64,000 nucleotides of DNA, from assembly GCF_006345805.1 (NCBI RefSeq), contig NC_043012.1, positions 22,196,001 through 22,260,000 of the forward strand. Direction: 5' to 3'. The notes beneath the pieces were generated by a model. It had not been told where the DNA came from. It saw only the letters and a program-made list of their open reading frames with translations, and searched no databases. Shown in pieces: positions 12,171-23,412 of the stretch (position 1 is the first letter of the stretch; every line of letters begins with the position of its first letter). The position numbers and the translations under genes are program-made. The stretch is from Octopus sinensis. Lineage: Eukaryota.

Positions 12171-12589
12171 CAGAACGCATGTATATGAACATACATTCAA
12201 AACAACAGGATGAAACTAAGAGGAAAAAAATTAACAAAACCTACAAATCAAGAGAAAGCACTGAAAGAGTGTATAAAAGGATGAATGGCAGCAATGGGGG
12301 TGGGGGTGCTGTGCTGGGGGTGGAGGTGGAGTGTTGATGAGAGTGCAAAAAAAGAAAACGTAAAGCAAAATTTTTTAATGGCTAAAAACAAATTGTCTAC
12401 GAACTCATTTCTATCAGTGGAAGTTTTCTCTACAGGTTGTCTTAGTTCTTTTAATTCTTTGGTAATTCTTTCTCCCTCTTTATATTATTCATACCGTCGC
12501 CACCATCGCTCTTTTTAATACACATACACCATACTTTATATATACATATATATATATATAAATGCACGTATATATGTATACATATATAT

Positions 12590-12622
<33 letters not shown>

Positions 12623-12690
12623 GCACGTATATACGTATACATATGTATAGATACACACAAACACACCACACACACATATATATATATATA

Positions 12691-12731
<41 letters not shown>

Positions 12732-12743
12732 ACATATATATAG

Positions 12744-12777
<34 letters not shown>

Positions 12778-13083
12778 GCCATATCGGAGCAATCTCAAGA
12801 TTAATCAGCCGAAATTGCTAAGATGATCTGGTTCTTGACTGATGACTGAGGGCTTCGAATGTCCCGTCCTGCGGTTCTTGTGTCGTCTCTGTGGTGTTTC
12901 ATGTTCTTGTCCATGTCTGTAATTATTTTTACTGTTTACCTATATATATATATATATATATATAGAATAAAACCTTATATATAGAGAACGTGAAATACAT
13001 GAATTGACGAACACGGAAAACAGACAGTCATTCAGAGCCTTCATTCTTCAGTCAGAAACCGATTCATCATGGCAAATTTCGGT

Positions 13084-13118
<35 letters not shown>

Positions 13119-13121
13119 GTA

Positions 13122-13161
<40 letters not shown>

Positions 13162-13376
13162 TTGAGGTTATAAGAGGTAATGGTGTCATTGAGACCTAGA
13201 GGTGTCAGGTAATGCTGAATAAGTGCTATAGACAGATCATAGTTAAGTTCCAGGTTCGGTAATTTAGCGAATAAGGGGTTCAGCGTTGGTCATATGTCAG
13301 CGTGTGTATATAAGAATTTTTTGCGTAATGAGATAAAAAACCAAGGCTGTGTAGGTATAAGGACATTTATGAATAG

Positions 13377-13428
13377 GTCTTACAGCTATTTTCGGGGTAT
13401 TTATTAATTATATCCCTTCATCGGAGAC
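13377..13428 (-). ncRNA. Putative minimal type I hammerhead ribozyme (family B)
   Basis: gtct-CCGAUGA-A-gggata..tacccc-GAAA-a-tagct-GUA-agac. Stem I gtct/agac; stem III near-palindromic. Confidence 0.45.
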
Positions 13429-13522
13429 GGTGTGAGAGGATGGTTAAGTAATAGTTTATATAGGATACAAAATAGAGAGTGAGATGGAGGAAAGAAAACG
13501 GAAGATATGTGGGGATAATACC

Positions 13523-13574
13523 GTCTCCGATGAAGGGATATAATAAATAAATATCCTGGAAACAGCTGTATGAC
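13523..13574 (+). ncRNA. Putative minimal type I hammerhead ribozyme (family B)
   Basis: gtct-CCGAUGA-A-gggata..tatcctg-GAAA-C-agct-GUA-tgac. Stem III ACAGCTGT is a perfect palindrome. Confidence 0.45.
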
Positions 13575-13654
13575 TTTCTATCTATAAATGTTGTAATATC
13601 TACACAGCCTTAGTTTTTTATCTGATTGCGCAAAAAATTCTTATATATAGATAC

Positions 13655-13691
13655 ATATTCATATATATATGCATGCATATATATATACATA

Positions 13692-13722
<31 letters not shown>

Positions 13723-14203
13723 CATATTCATGTATATGTATGTATATATATATATATATATGTATATATATACATATTCATATACATATATATATACATA
13801 TTCATATATATGTATATATATACATATATAAATATATATATACACATATTCATATATATGTATATATATACATATTCATATATATATATACATATATATG
13901 TACATATATATATATATACATACATATATATATATATACATATACATATATATACACATATATATACATATACATATATATACACACATATATATATATA
14001 CATATATATACATGTATATATATATATACACATATATATATATACATATATACATGTGTATATATATATATATATACATGTATATATATATACACATATA
14101 TATATATACATATATATACATACATATATATACATATATACATATATACATATACATATATATATATGTATATATCTATATATATATACACACATATATA
14201 CAC

Positions 14204-14236
<33 letters not shown>

Positions 14237-14265
14237 TACATATTCATATATATATATATATATAT
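13655..14265. repeat. Compound (TA)/(CA) microsatellite
   Basis: Direct observation. Confidence 0.95.
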
Positions 14266-15445
14266 TACTTTGATAGGTTACGGCCAGTGTAGGCCCAGGC
14301 CATGTCTAACTTTACAGCATCACTTGAGGAAGTGTTTTAGTCATATATGGCTACCATTGAAAGAGTTATTATTGTTGGAGATATATCCGACTGTAGGAGC
14401 TTGATCCGGGATTTTTTGAAGAAATTTGTCCGGTGAACATTTGAATTTTATGGGATCTGCTTCTGTTTTGACGTATTTTGGTATGGTATTAAGGTGAGCT
14501 GGACCGGTTCAGGTAAATAATTGTGACGAAATGTTGCTATGTGTATCGAGTTCGATTTTTGTAGTGTGCGGATAGCACGGGGGCCAAGTCTTGGATGGAT
14601 TTTAAAATTGATGCCAACATCATTTGTGTAATATTGATGGAATATTTTCCACATCACACAAATGATGTAGCGCTCCCAGCAGCGTCCGAGAGAGTAGAGA
14701 TTGAATTTTTTTTTAGTCGATCCCAATAGACAATGCGTCTCATGCCGTTTATCTTTCTTGCTATTGACCTCTGGAGTGTTTCCACTTACATAATGAGCTA
14801 CTTCGTATGGGGGGGGGGCAACAGTATTCAAGGTGGGGGTCAAGCAAAAGTGGAGTAGAGAAGGATGATGGTATAGGCATCTCTAGATCGGGAAGTTCTC
14901 AGAATCCAGGAGCACATCTTGCAGGCCAAATCAACCTTGCTGTTTACGAGAGAACTCCCGCTTAGATTGTTATCAACAATTACTCCGAGGTCTCTGGTGT
15001 TGTTGGATGACGGTTGGGAGTCGCCCGAGTTAAGAGCATATGGTAATTTCAGAGTATCCTCTTTTCCAAAGTGGATCAAATCAAACTTATCTTTATTTAG
15101 ATCTAACTGAAGCCATTGGTCGGTCTCCCATGCCGTCTATGGCTTTCTGGAGATTGGAATGATCTGCAAAGATTTTCAATGTAAAATGTTTGATGACATC
15201 TGCTATGTCGTTGATGTAAATAGTGAAGAGGAGTGGGCCCAACACAGTACCTTGTTGGATACCACTACTGACTTTGGTTGAGCTGGATCGTATTCCCTCA
15301 AACACATGTTGGGTTCTGTTCATCAGGAAACACTCTATCTAATGCTGTAGATTTTCACGGACTCCAATGCTGGACAGTTTCATCAGCAGGATTTTGTGGT
15401 CCACTCTGTCAAATGCCTTGCTAAAATCAATATATATGACGTCAT
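14266..15445 (-). mobile_element. Decayed CR1-like LINE (reverse transcriptase and C-terminus)
   Basis: DVIYIDFSKAFDRVDH, SGIQQGTVLGPLLFTIYINDI, KIFADHS, RDLGVIVDNNLS and LYSL..RYII motifs, with frameshifts. Confidence 0.85.
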
Positions 15446-15510
15446 ATATATACGCGAGCACATACACACACATACACACACACATATATATATATACACA
15501 TATAGTGATG

Positions 15511-15546
<36 letters not shown>

Positions 15547-15707
15547 GTAATAATAATAATAATAGTAATAATAATAATAATAATAGTAATAATAATAATA
15601 ATGTTAATAATGATAAAAGAAATAAAATAAAACCTGTGGCTAAAACAGCTCTCCGGAGATTCAACAAAATCATTATAGAATATAACTTCCATGTATATTG
15701 TCTTTTA

Positions 15708-15830
15708 AGACGGCGAGCTGGCAGAATCGTTAGCGCGCCGTCTGTTCGTTCTGTGTTCAAATGCCGCCAGGATTGACTCTCTCCGGAGTCAATAGAACAA
15801 GTACCAGTTAAGCACTGCGATCGATGTAAT
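15708..15830 (+). mobile_element. Degenerate SINE family 2 copy
   Basis: cggcgagctggcagaatcgttagc head and agtaccagtt core. Confidence 0.7.
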
Positions 15831-17149
15831 CCTCGAGCTGGTTCAGTTTGGTTGGTTTCCTAGCCATCACTCTGGTCTTCAAGTCTCGCCACAAGGTCTC
15901 GATCGAATTCAGATCTGGATTCTGACTTGGCCATTCAAGGACGTTGACATCATTGTACTTGAACTATTTCTTCACTTCCTTAGTGGTATGTTTCGGATCA
16001 TTGTCCTGTTGGTACTTCCAGTTGTGGCCGAGATGGAGCTTCTCAGCAGGTTCCTTCACGTTTTCATCAAGGTTCCTGATGTAACTCTCGTTTCTCGTGA
16101 TTCCTTGACCTTTGACAAGATTCCTTGTGCCACTGAAGCATCCTCATCACATTATGTTTCCACCATCATGGTGGGCACAGTGTTCTTCGGCTTGTATGCT
16201 TCTCCTTTCTTCCTACAGACGTATTCAGCATCCATAGGACAACTTCGTCTCATCAGACCACAGGATGGTTAACTAAAGCTGGGATCTTGCTTCAGATGAC
16301 CTCTAACAAAGGCCAGGCGAGCCTCCAGTTGTTTCTTCCTGAGCAGCAGCGTCTTCCGAGGCCTACGTCTATGGAGACCTCTGTGCAAAACTCGCTCAAT
16401 GGTGGACCATGAAACCTTCATCCCTGCATGATCAAGCGCTTCAGTTAGGGTCTAGATTGTTGTGCGGGGGTTGTTGATGCGGTAGATTTTCCTGGCAAGT
16501 TTGGGAGACACCTTACGCTTCCTGCCACGCCCACTGAGGGTTTTAACAATGTTGAACCTCTTGAGTTTGTTGGTTATGCTCTGGACATGAATTTTCATAT
16601 ATGGTTTCGACCCATAATTGATTATGCTACAGGGACATCATACTGCTTTGAAATGGCTTTGTAATCCTTTCCTTCACTGTAGGGAACGCACATGACATTG
16701 ACATAGGTCCTCACTGAGCTCCTTCTTCTTGACCACGATGGTCAGAAACTGAGAATGACCAGGACACTTTTCCTCTATTTATACCTGCCTGACCCAGCTC
16801 GAGGCTTTCGCCAAGGAAGAGTGGGCCAACGTCCCACAGGAGACATGCAGAGGAAGTTTTGTGGGTGGATACGTACAAGAATCGTCTAGAAGCATTCATA
16901 AAAGACAAAGGCTGTGCTAGTGACTATTAAAGGAAAATATTGGACTCGGTAAACCTAGGGTATCAATAATTTTGAACATGGCATTTTTGGGAAATCCATG
17001 AATAAAATACCCCTGAAATGAAGAATTTCTTGAATTGTGTATTATTGTTATTCTTTCACTTGTTGGTCACAAAATGCATTCTTTTCATCATAAAACAAAA
17101 AAAAAATAACAAGAATTATCAAGGGCATTAATAATTTTGTGGACGACTG
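15831..17149 (-). mobile_element. Decayed Tc1-family (DD34E) transposon lacking its 3' end
   Basis: Minus-strand ILWSDETK, YQQDNDPKH and [15 protein letters not shown]. Left end TA|CAGTCGTCCACAAAATTATT at 17149, with an inner repeat AAAATTATTGATACCCT near 16960. Confidence 0.85.
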
Positions 17150-17203
17150 TATATATTTGTATGTGTGTGCGCGCGTGTGTGTGTAGATAGATAGATAGAT
17201 AGA

Positions 17204-17342
17204 TAGCGGTTCGGCAAAAGAGACCGATAGAATAAGTACTGGGCTCACAAAGAATAAGTCCCGGGGTCGATGTGCTCGACTAAAGGCGGTGCTCCAGCAT
17301 GGCCGCAGTCAAATGACTGAAACAAGAAAAAGAGTAAAAGAG

Positions 17343-17343
<1 letters not shown>
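17204..17343 (+). mobile_element. 5'-truncated SINE family 1 3' half inside (GATA)n
   Basis: Matches the family-1 3' part, with GATA repeats on both sides. Confidence 0.85.
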
Positions 17344-17393
<50 letters not shown>

Positions 17394-17394
17394 G

Positions 17395-17425
<31 letters not shown>

Positions 17426-17973
17426 GATAGATAGATATGCTCACACACACAAGCCCAGAATAAATAAAAGGCGAAAGTAATTTTTTACTAGTGAATGTAA
17501 TTGTTTTTACAAATATATCTATATATATATATTTACCGGCAGAATTATATATATTTGCATATAGGGAGAATTAAATATATTTGCGGACGGAAGTAAATAT
17601 ATTTGCAAGTAGAATTATATATATTTACAGGCTAAAGTAAATATATTTATATTCAGAATTAAAGATATTTACTGCCGGAAGTTTAGAATCGAAAGTAATA
17701 TAAATGTAACGAAATAAAATGGCGAAAATGTTGATATCGAGATGTTATCTGGAAATTTTTATTACATTTCTTTATTTTTATTTAAAAAATTATTTTGAAG
17801 GTGATCACAACGATGACGATGATGATGCTGTCGCCGCTGATAGTTCACTGCGTTAAAGTGGTAATGATGATGATAATAGCGGTGGGTGATGCTAAGGGTT
17901 TAGCAGTGTAGTGGTCAGTAAACTTGTAAAAATAAGAAAGATAAAAACACACACACAGATATATATATATATA

Positions 17974-18289
17974 TCACCGTGATCACCGTGACCGACCAGG
18001 GTATCAGATGTTGCTACACATCGCTGGTCACAATGCGCTTCGCATTGTTTTAGCCTTCAAATGATTCCACCCCGCTGGCTAAGCGAGCAGGCCTACAGAA
18101 GAAAGAGTGAGAGAAAGTTGTGGCGAAAGAGTACAGAAGGGATCGCCAACCCCCCCCCCCCCCTGCCGAAGCCTCGTGGATCTTTAAGCGTTTTCGCTCA
18201 ATAAACACTTACAACGCCCGGTCTGGGAATCGAAACCGCGATCCTACGACCGCGTGTCCGCTGCCCTAACCACTGGGCCATTGTGCCTC

Positions 18290-18292
<3 letters not shown>
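17974..18292 (-). mobile_element. Full-length SINE family 3, tail type a (tRNA-Arg-like head)
   Basis: Minus strand gtggaggcacaatggcccagtggttagggc..ggtttcgattcccag (A and B boxes); tail ends ..gtcacggtgatcacggtgata. Confidence 0.85.
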
Positions 18293-18325
<33 letters not shown>

Positions 18326-18328
<3 letters not shown>

Positions 18329-18915
18329 TGACCACATGTTTCGCTTGTTCACCGGTCCGTTACAGAATAAGGCGGTGGGGAGGACTTCCCCAAAGAGCTG
18401 GGTGTTAAAACACCTGAAAGTCATAGACACGTGAGACAATTCTTCCATTCTCCATCTGTTCGGTTCAGATACGTAGTGTTGATCAGCCACAAAGATGGCG
18501 AAAAATCTGTATCCATCGTTCCTGGATGGGGTTAGGAGCAAGTTGTCCGCTCTGTTTATGACTGCTCTATACAGCAGCCTGCCGGCGAACAAGCAGGTCA
18601 TACATTGAGTATGTGCGGACGATAATGTTTACAACACTAAAACCGCTTTTAATTCATAATTGAATTTACTCTTATGTATACATCATCGTGACTTATCGGC
18701 AAATGGTTTTTACACTATATGTGTAAATGGCCGTAAATGGTCTCTGGCCGGCGATTTGATTTGGTTCAGATGCGTGATGTTAAACCACGTAAATATCGGG
18801 ATCTGTCACTCGTGGATGAGTTTAGGAGCGAGTTGTCTCGCATGTCTATGACTTTCAAGTGTCTTAACATCCAGCTCTTTGAGGGAGTCATCCCCCATCG
18901 CGCTATGCTACAGCG
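18326..18915. mobile_element. Degenerate palindromic MITE-like element (18326-18602) and a second partial copy (about 18730-18915)
   Basis: The reverse complement of about 18360-18440 matches about 18825-18915. The ends of the first element share tgacc..cttgttc(a/g)ccgg in inverted orientation. Confidence 0.5.
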
Positions 18916-18918
18916 TAC

Positions 18919-18974
<56 letters not shown>

Positions 18975-19002
18975 ATAGAGAGAGAGAGAGAGAGAGATCG
19001 CC

Positions 19003-19186
19003 ATGATAGATCGTTAGCCACTACACACATTTTTTTCTCTCTTTGTTTTTTCTGTGTCCCTTTCTATAGAAGAGCGTAGGCTCGAAACGTAAAAGACTTT
19101 TTCTATTCCTGAGCGTTATACTAATACATCTGTTTGTTTTGTACACCACCTGTCTTCGTCTTTTGTTGTTTTTTTCGTAAACTCTG
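19003..19186 (+). mobile_element. About 185-bp hammerhead-bearing mini-element, family A
   Basis: Homologous copies at 25831 (+), 38776 (-) and 58975 (+). Hammerhead-like motif at 19060-19095. Confidence 0.7.
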
Positions 19187-19414
19187 CCTAAAAATATGTA
19201 TGTATGATGTACATGAGTGCTCATCACTGTATATGATGCATAAATCGTCTTCTTTATGGATTAACAAGGCAACCGAACTTTTCATGCAGAAGAAATTCTC
19301 AATCCTTCAAGCGATCCAAAATAGAGACAATTACCACCATTCTTATGTGGTTCTCTTGAAGAATTGCCGAGATTTTTTTCGACATGAAACCTTTGGCTTC
19401 GTTGTTAATCCATG

Positions 19415-19457
<43 letters not shown>

Positions 19458-20842
19458 GTGTGTGTGTACACATTTTATTAGCTATGAATAAGACTACGCA
19501 CAGGCGCATAGAATTGCGTATAAGTGTACGAACGTGTGTTTTATGAAAATGAAGGCGGTATGCAAGGTGATAATGTGTTTAGGCAAATATGTATATTTCT
19601 AATTTGCATTTTTATGTATATACACACTTGCACGTGTGTATGTCGTGGTGGTGGTGGTGGTGGGGCTTCAAAATATTTTAAATCGCCCGTCTATTTCAAT
19701 ATCTGTCTGAAAAACTGTTGCCCTTGTGGCTAATAAGTGACCGCTAGTACTATTATTATTATTACGGTTATTGTTGTTGTTGTTATTATCATAATCCTCA
19801 TCATCATCATTATTATTTTTATTTTCTTTTATATTTTCATTTCGGTTAGGGTCTCCAATTACACCGTATTTGGACAAGAAACCGATCATATAATCTACAA
19901 AATAAATATATAACTAAATAAATATTAAAAACAAATCTCTAATTATCCCATAGTTTGTGTGAGAAAACTGAAAATGCGATATATAAAGACAAAAGCCTCT
20001 CCAATCACTGATTTCCATAATTTAAAGAAATATATTTAAAATAAAATTTAAAAAGAACAACAAAATATGATTAAATAACTAAGAATAAACGTATAAAAAG
20101 TTAAAATGATATTTTAAAGTAAAAACAAAAAAATTAAAATTTCTACGCAGTTAATAATTTTCTATGAAATATCAAAGAAAATTTAGATCAAAACGGGACT
20201 TTAAAATTAATTTTAAAATATTTAAAAACTGGGCCACGTAATTCCTATGAATATAACGATCGTGAAAGGAAAAGGAGGGAGAGAGAAGTGGGAGAGTGAG
20301 AGACAGAGAGACAGAGCGAGGGAGAGAGGAGAAAAAGAGAGATGCACTTTGAGCTGTGAGATAGAAAAAGAAAGGGTAAGAGAGAGAAGAAGAGAACGAG
20401 GAAACTTTGTTTTCCTCTTTGATTGGTGGGGGGGCAATGTGTGTGGGGGTGTATGAGAGGGAGAGAAAGTGAGAGAGAGAGAAAGTGTGTGTGTGTGTGT
20501 GAGTGAGTGAGAGAGAGATGTCCAAAATTTGGTCTAAGAAAATAAACGAATAAAAATTGTCTAGAATTAATAACTAAAGTTTTCGGTCTGAGGCCCAAGG
20601 TTGGAATCAAGAAAGCTTCCGAGATATTTTTAGTTTCATTTTATTTCATTTCATTTTATTTTATTTTATTTTATTTTTGTGTCTCACTAAGTTAATTTCA
20701 TTCAATATTTTTAATGCATGCAGTGACGGATGTTGTAAAATGAATTTTAAACTCCCGGCACGCGTGTTCACGACCCGGGCTTGATTTCAACTTGGTGCTA
20801 ATTCACTTTATTCTCATGTCTAATACTAGAGAGAGAGAGATG

Positions 20843-20884
<42 letters not shown>

Positions 20885-21222
20885 TGGGGAGAGAGAGAGA
20901 GGGAGAGAGAGATGGGGAGAGAGAAAGAGATGTATATATTACTGTTCATGTAAGAGACAGCAAGAGACTTATGGCTAAGAAATTCGTTACGAAATCTCTT
21001 TGAACCTAATTCGATTCCACGCCGTGTCTCTTTGGCGAAGTGTCTTCTACCAAAGATTTAGGTCAACTGAAAAACTGTGTAGAATAAAACTGTACAGAAT
21101 CAAGCCGAAAATACTTTTGAATAGTAATTAATCTGTCGTCTGGTTTCACACTATCGTTTGGTTCTTAAATGCTTTAAGTGGAGTCTCGTCTTTTGCGGCC
21201 GAATTGGTAAATTCTCTTCGAG

Positions 21223-21685
21223 CTGGGGATCAGCAAACTTCTTATATATCATTGACCCTTTCATGGAATCGTTGATAACTTATCGACCTACATCATGCAA
21301 ATTTCTAAAATATAATTAAAAAGTATAATTAATAATAAAAAATTTTTTTGATCTAAAAACAAATTCCTTCGCCCTTTAGTGTCATTACTGCTTTTTAATA
21401 AGAAATATTTAAAGAAATTTAATGAAAATACTTAACGAAATTAATAAAGAACATCAAAATTTAAGCCATGTTATGTTGATATAGTAGAATATCTAATGTG
21501 AAATATGTATTTGGTGAATACTAGTTATTACATCAATATTTGGCTGTAAATTGGTGAGTTTTAATCTTAAATTACTGCTCAGTTCGCAAATAATTCAGTA
21601 TTGTTAATGTTCAAAATCGTTTCAGGAATTTATTGACCCCTTGGATGACCACTGGGGCCAACTTTGATCATTTTGCTGACCCCGG
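21223..21685. mobile_element. Non-autonomous hAT-like MITE
   Basis: Imperfect TIRs CTGGGGATCAGCAAACT / TTTTGCTGACCCCGG. No TSD recognised. Confidence 0.55.
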
Positions 21686-21794
21686 TGTTATAGCATTGGA
21701 TAAGTCAACTTCACTAATGCTATTATTGGAGTGTCACGTGTATGCTCGACTTAAAGTTTTAAATAAAACATAGACAAGCCTTAGAGACGAACAG

Positions 21795-22128
21795 TCAGCA
21801 TGCGACAAGTGCTGAGGAGAAAGAGTTGCTAAAGGATTCCCATATATATGCATTAATATTCCTCGCACTTTCCGTTGCGTTGTTGCCTTTATTGAAATCA
21901 TAAAGCAAAATATGCCGAATATGCACTTTTGTCACTTCCGTTATAGCTTGGAAAAAATAACTGTTAAAATCGAACTGCACTCTTCAAAACTTGCACTAAG
22001 AATAAGCATAGGATTAAAATTACTACCTGCTCTTTAGAGCAAGTTAATGCAGGTAGTTTATCCCGTTTCCTTCCGACTTTTAGTTCATGCAATTGAAAAA
22101 ACCGCATTATTTATGGGATGACCCAATA
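21795..22128 (-). mobile_element. Mariner 5' fragment (TIR + N-terminal HTH)
   Basis: EVTKVHIRHILLYDFNKGNNATESARNINA matches a mariner transposase N-terminus. TA-flanked TIR-like end tattgggtcatcccataaataatgcgg at 22128. Confidence 0.8.
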
Positions 22129-22237
22129 AAGATTTCATTTAACTTATGATCTTTCGTATGTTTTTTAGGTGATTTGTGGTTTATTTTGGTGATAACCTCA
22201 CTATAACAACAGGTTAAGGCATTTGCTGTAAATTAAT

Positions 22238-23404
22238 AAAGGAATCTCTCGCTTTATGGAAGCAATGCGTTCCTGAAAATGTGGTCGTAACACGAAATTT
22301 CGTAATGCGAAGTTCATTTTTCTCATTGATTTTCATATTACGCGTTGCTCGGACTTTAAAAAAAAAAAAAGAAACGAAAAAAAGCACAAGAAAACAGCAA
22401 AGAACAAGCAATACAATCACCTTGATGTATGAGAATAGTAACTTGTAAACATAAAATACAGAGGCATAAAACGGAAAAACATTTCAAGAGGAGAATAAGT
22501 TAAGGAATTAATAAGAATCGCAATATCGCAAGAATACGTTCTTAACACAGAATACGTTCTGTGTGAGAGGGGTGGAATGAGCGGTACTAGGAGGAAGAAG
22601 GACATAGTTTGTTACCATGCACATCGGCTTGGGGTGCGGGGGGGGGGGGCTGAGACCTTATCCAAAGTTGTTTGTTGTTTATGACGCATCATCCCTTTGT
22701 ACAGCTCTATAAGAACCGAGCTCATTGTAAATTCCTCTTGTAATATTTATGTTACGTTCGCGATAAGTATTTTTATCAGTAAAAACCTGCAGACCTTTCT
22801 TTAAGAATCAACTTTTTAGCAATAATTTTTATAGTCAGTTTAAGTGGTGTCAGAGGAACTTTTGTCTCATCTGTATTCTCAGATTGTTCTTTATCCAGCG
22901 TCAGCTCCGAGTTAGATAAACTTTCTCTCTGAGACACTAGCAACTTAATCACTCCATCCATTATGACTACATTCTTTGCATTCAATGTAGATTTTCTGCC
23001 CGAGGAAAACTTGTAATGTTGCGGATAGTCTGGGCATATATTTTGGCAAGCACTGTTCAAAATTGAAGATTTCACTTCATCCCATGACTTACCTATATTA
23101 GCTACAGCATCCATTATGTTGCGTCTCTTCCAGAAATCTCTAACTTTAAATTTATCCTCCCTGTTAGATGCTTTCATAAGTTGTTTAAAAGTTTTTCTTA
23201 TATAATATGCCTTGAAATTAGCAATCACACCTTGATCCATTGGCTGGAGCAAAGAAGTCGTATGAAGGGGCAATAGATTTTATAGGCAATTCGCCCTTTG
23301 CACTTCTGATTTAAGGTATAAACACACATATGCAGACGCGTGTTGGCGTATTTGCTGATTCAAAGTTTGGTGGGTTGATAGTGGTGATGATATGGCTTGC
23401 ATTG
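22238..23404 (-). mobile_element. Decayed pogo/Tigger-family transposon (DDE_1 C-terminal part)
   Basis: LPLHTTSLLQPMDQGVIANFKAYY motif (ORF 22776-23273). Tigger-like terminal sequence near 22240. Confidence 0.8.
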
Positions 23405-23412
23405 GTTTAGAC

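Larger units (their letters stand above)
13160..13646. mobile_element. Penelope-like element remnant: inverted pseudo-LTR pair plus putative ORF C-terminus
   Basis: About 125-bp inverted repeat (13307-13431 / 13520-13646), each arm with a hammerhead-like motif. Minus-strand 13160-13300 reads ..IALIQHYLTPLGLND.., which resembles the GIY-YIG C-terminal P.GLN motif (tentative). Confidence 0.55.

Noticed and set aside
16240-16270. CTGATGAGACGAAG on the minus strand inside the Tc1 ORF
   Set aside because: It encodes the SDETK catalytic motif and lacks hammerhead stems.
18200-18292. tRNA genes
   Set aside because: A/B boxes run directly into SINE bodies and I see no complete cloverleaf, so these are tRNA-derived SINE heads.
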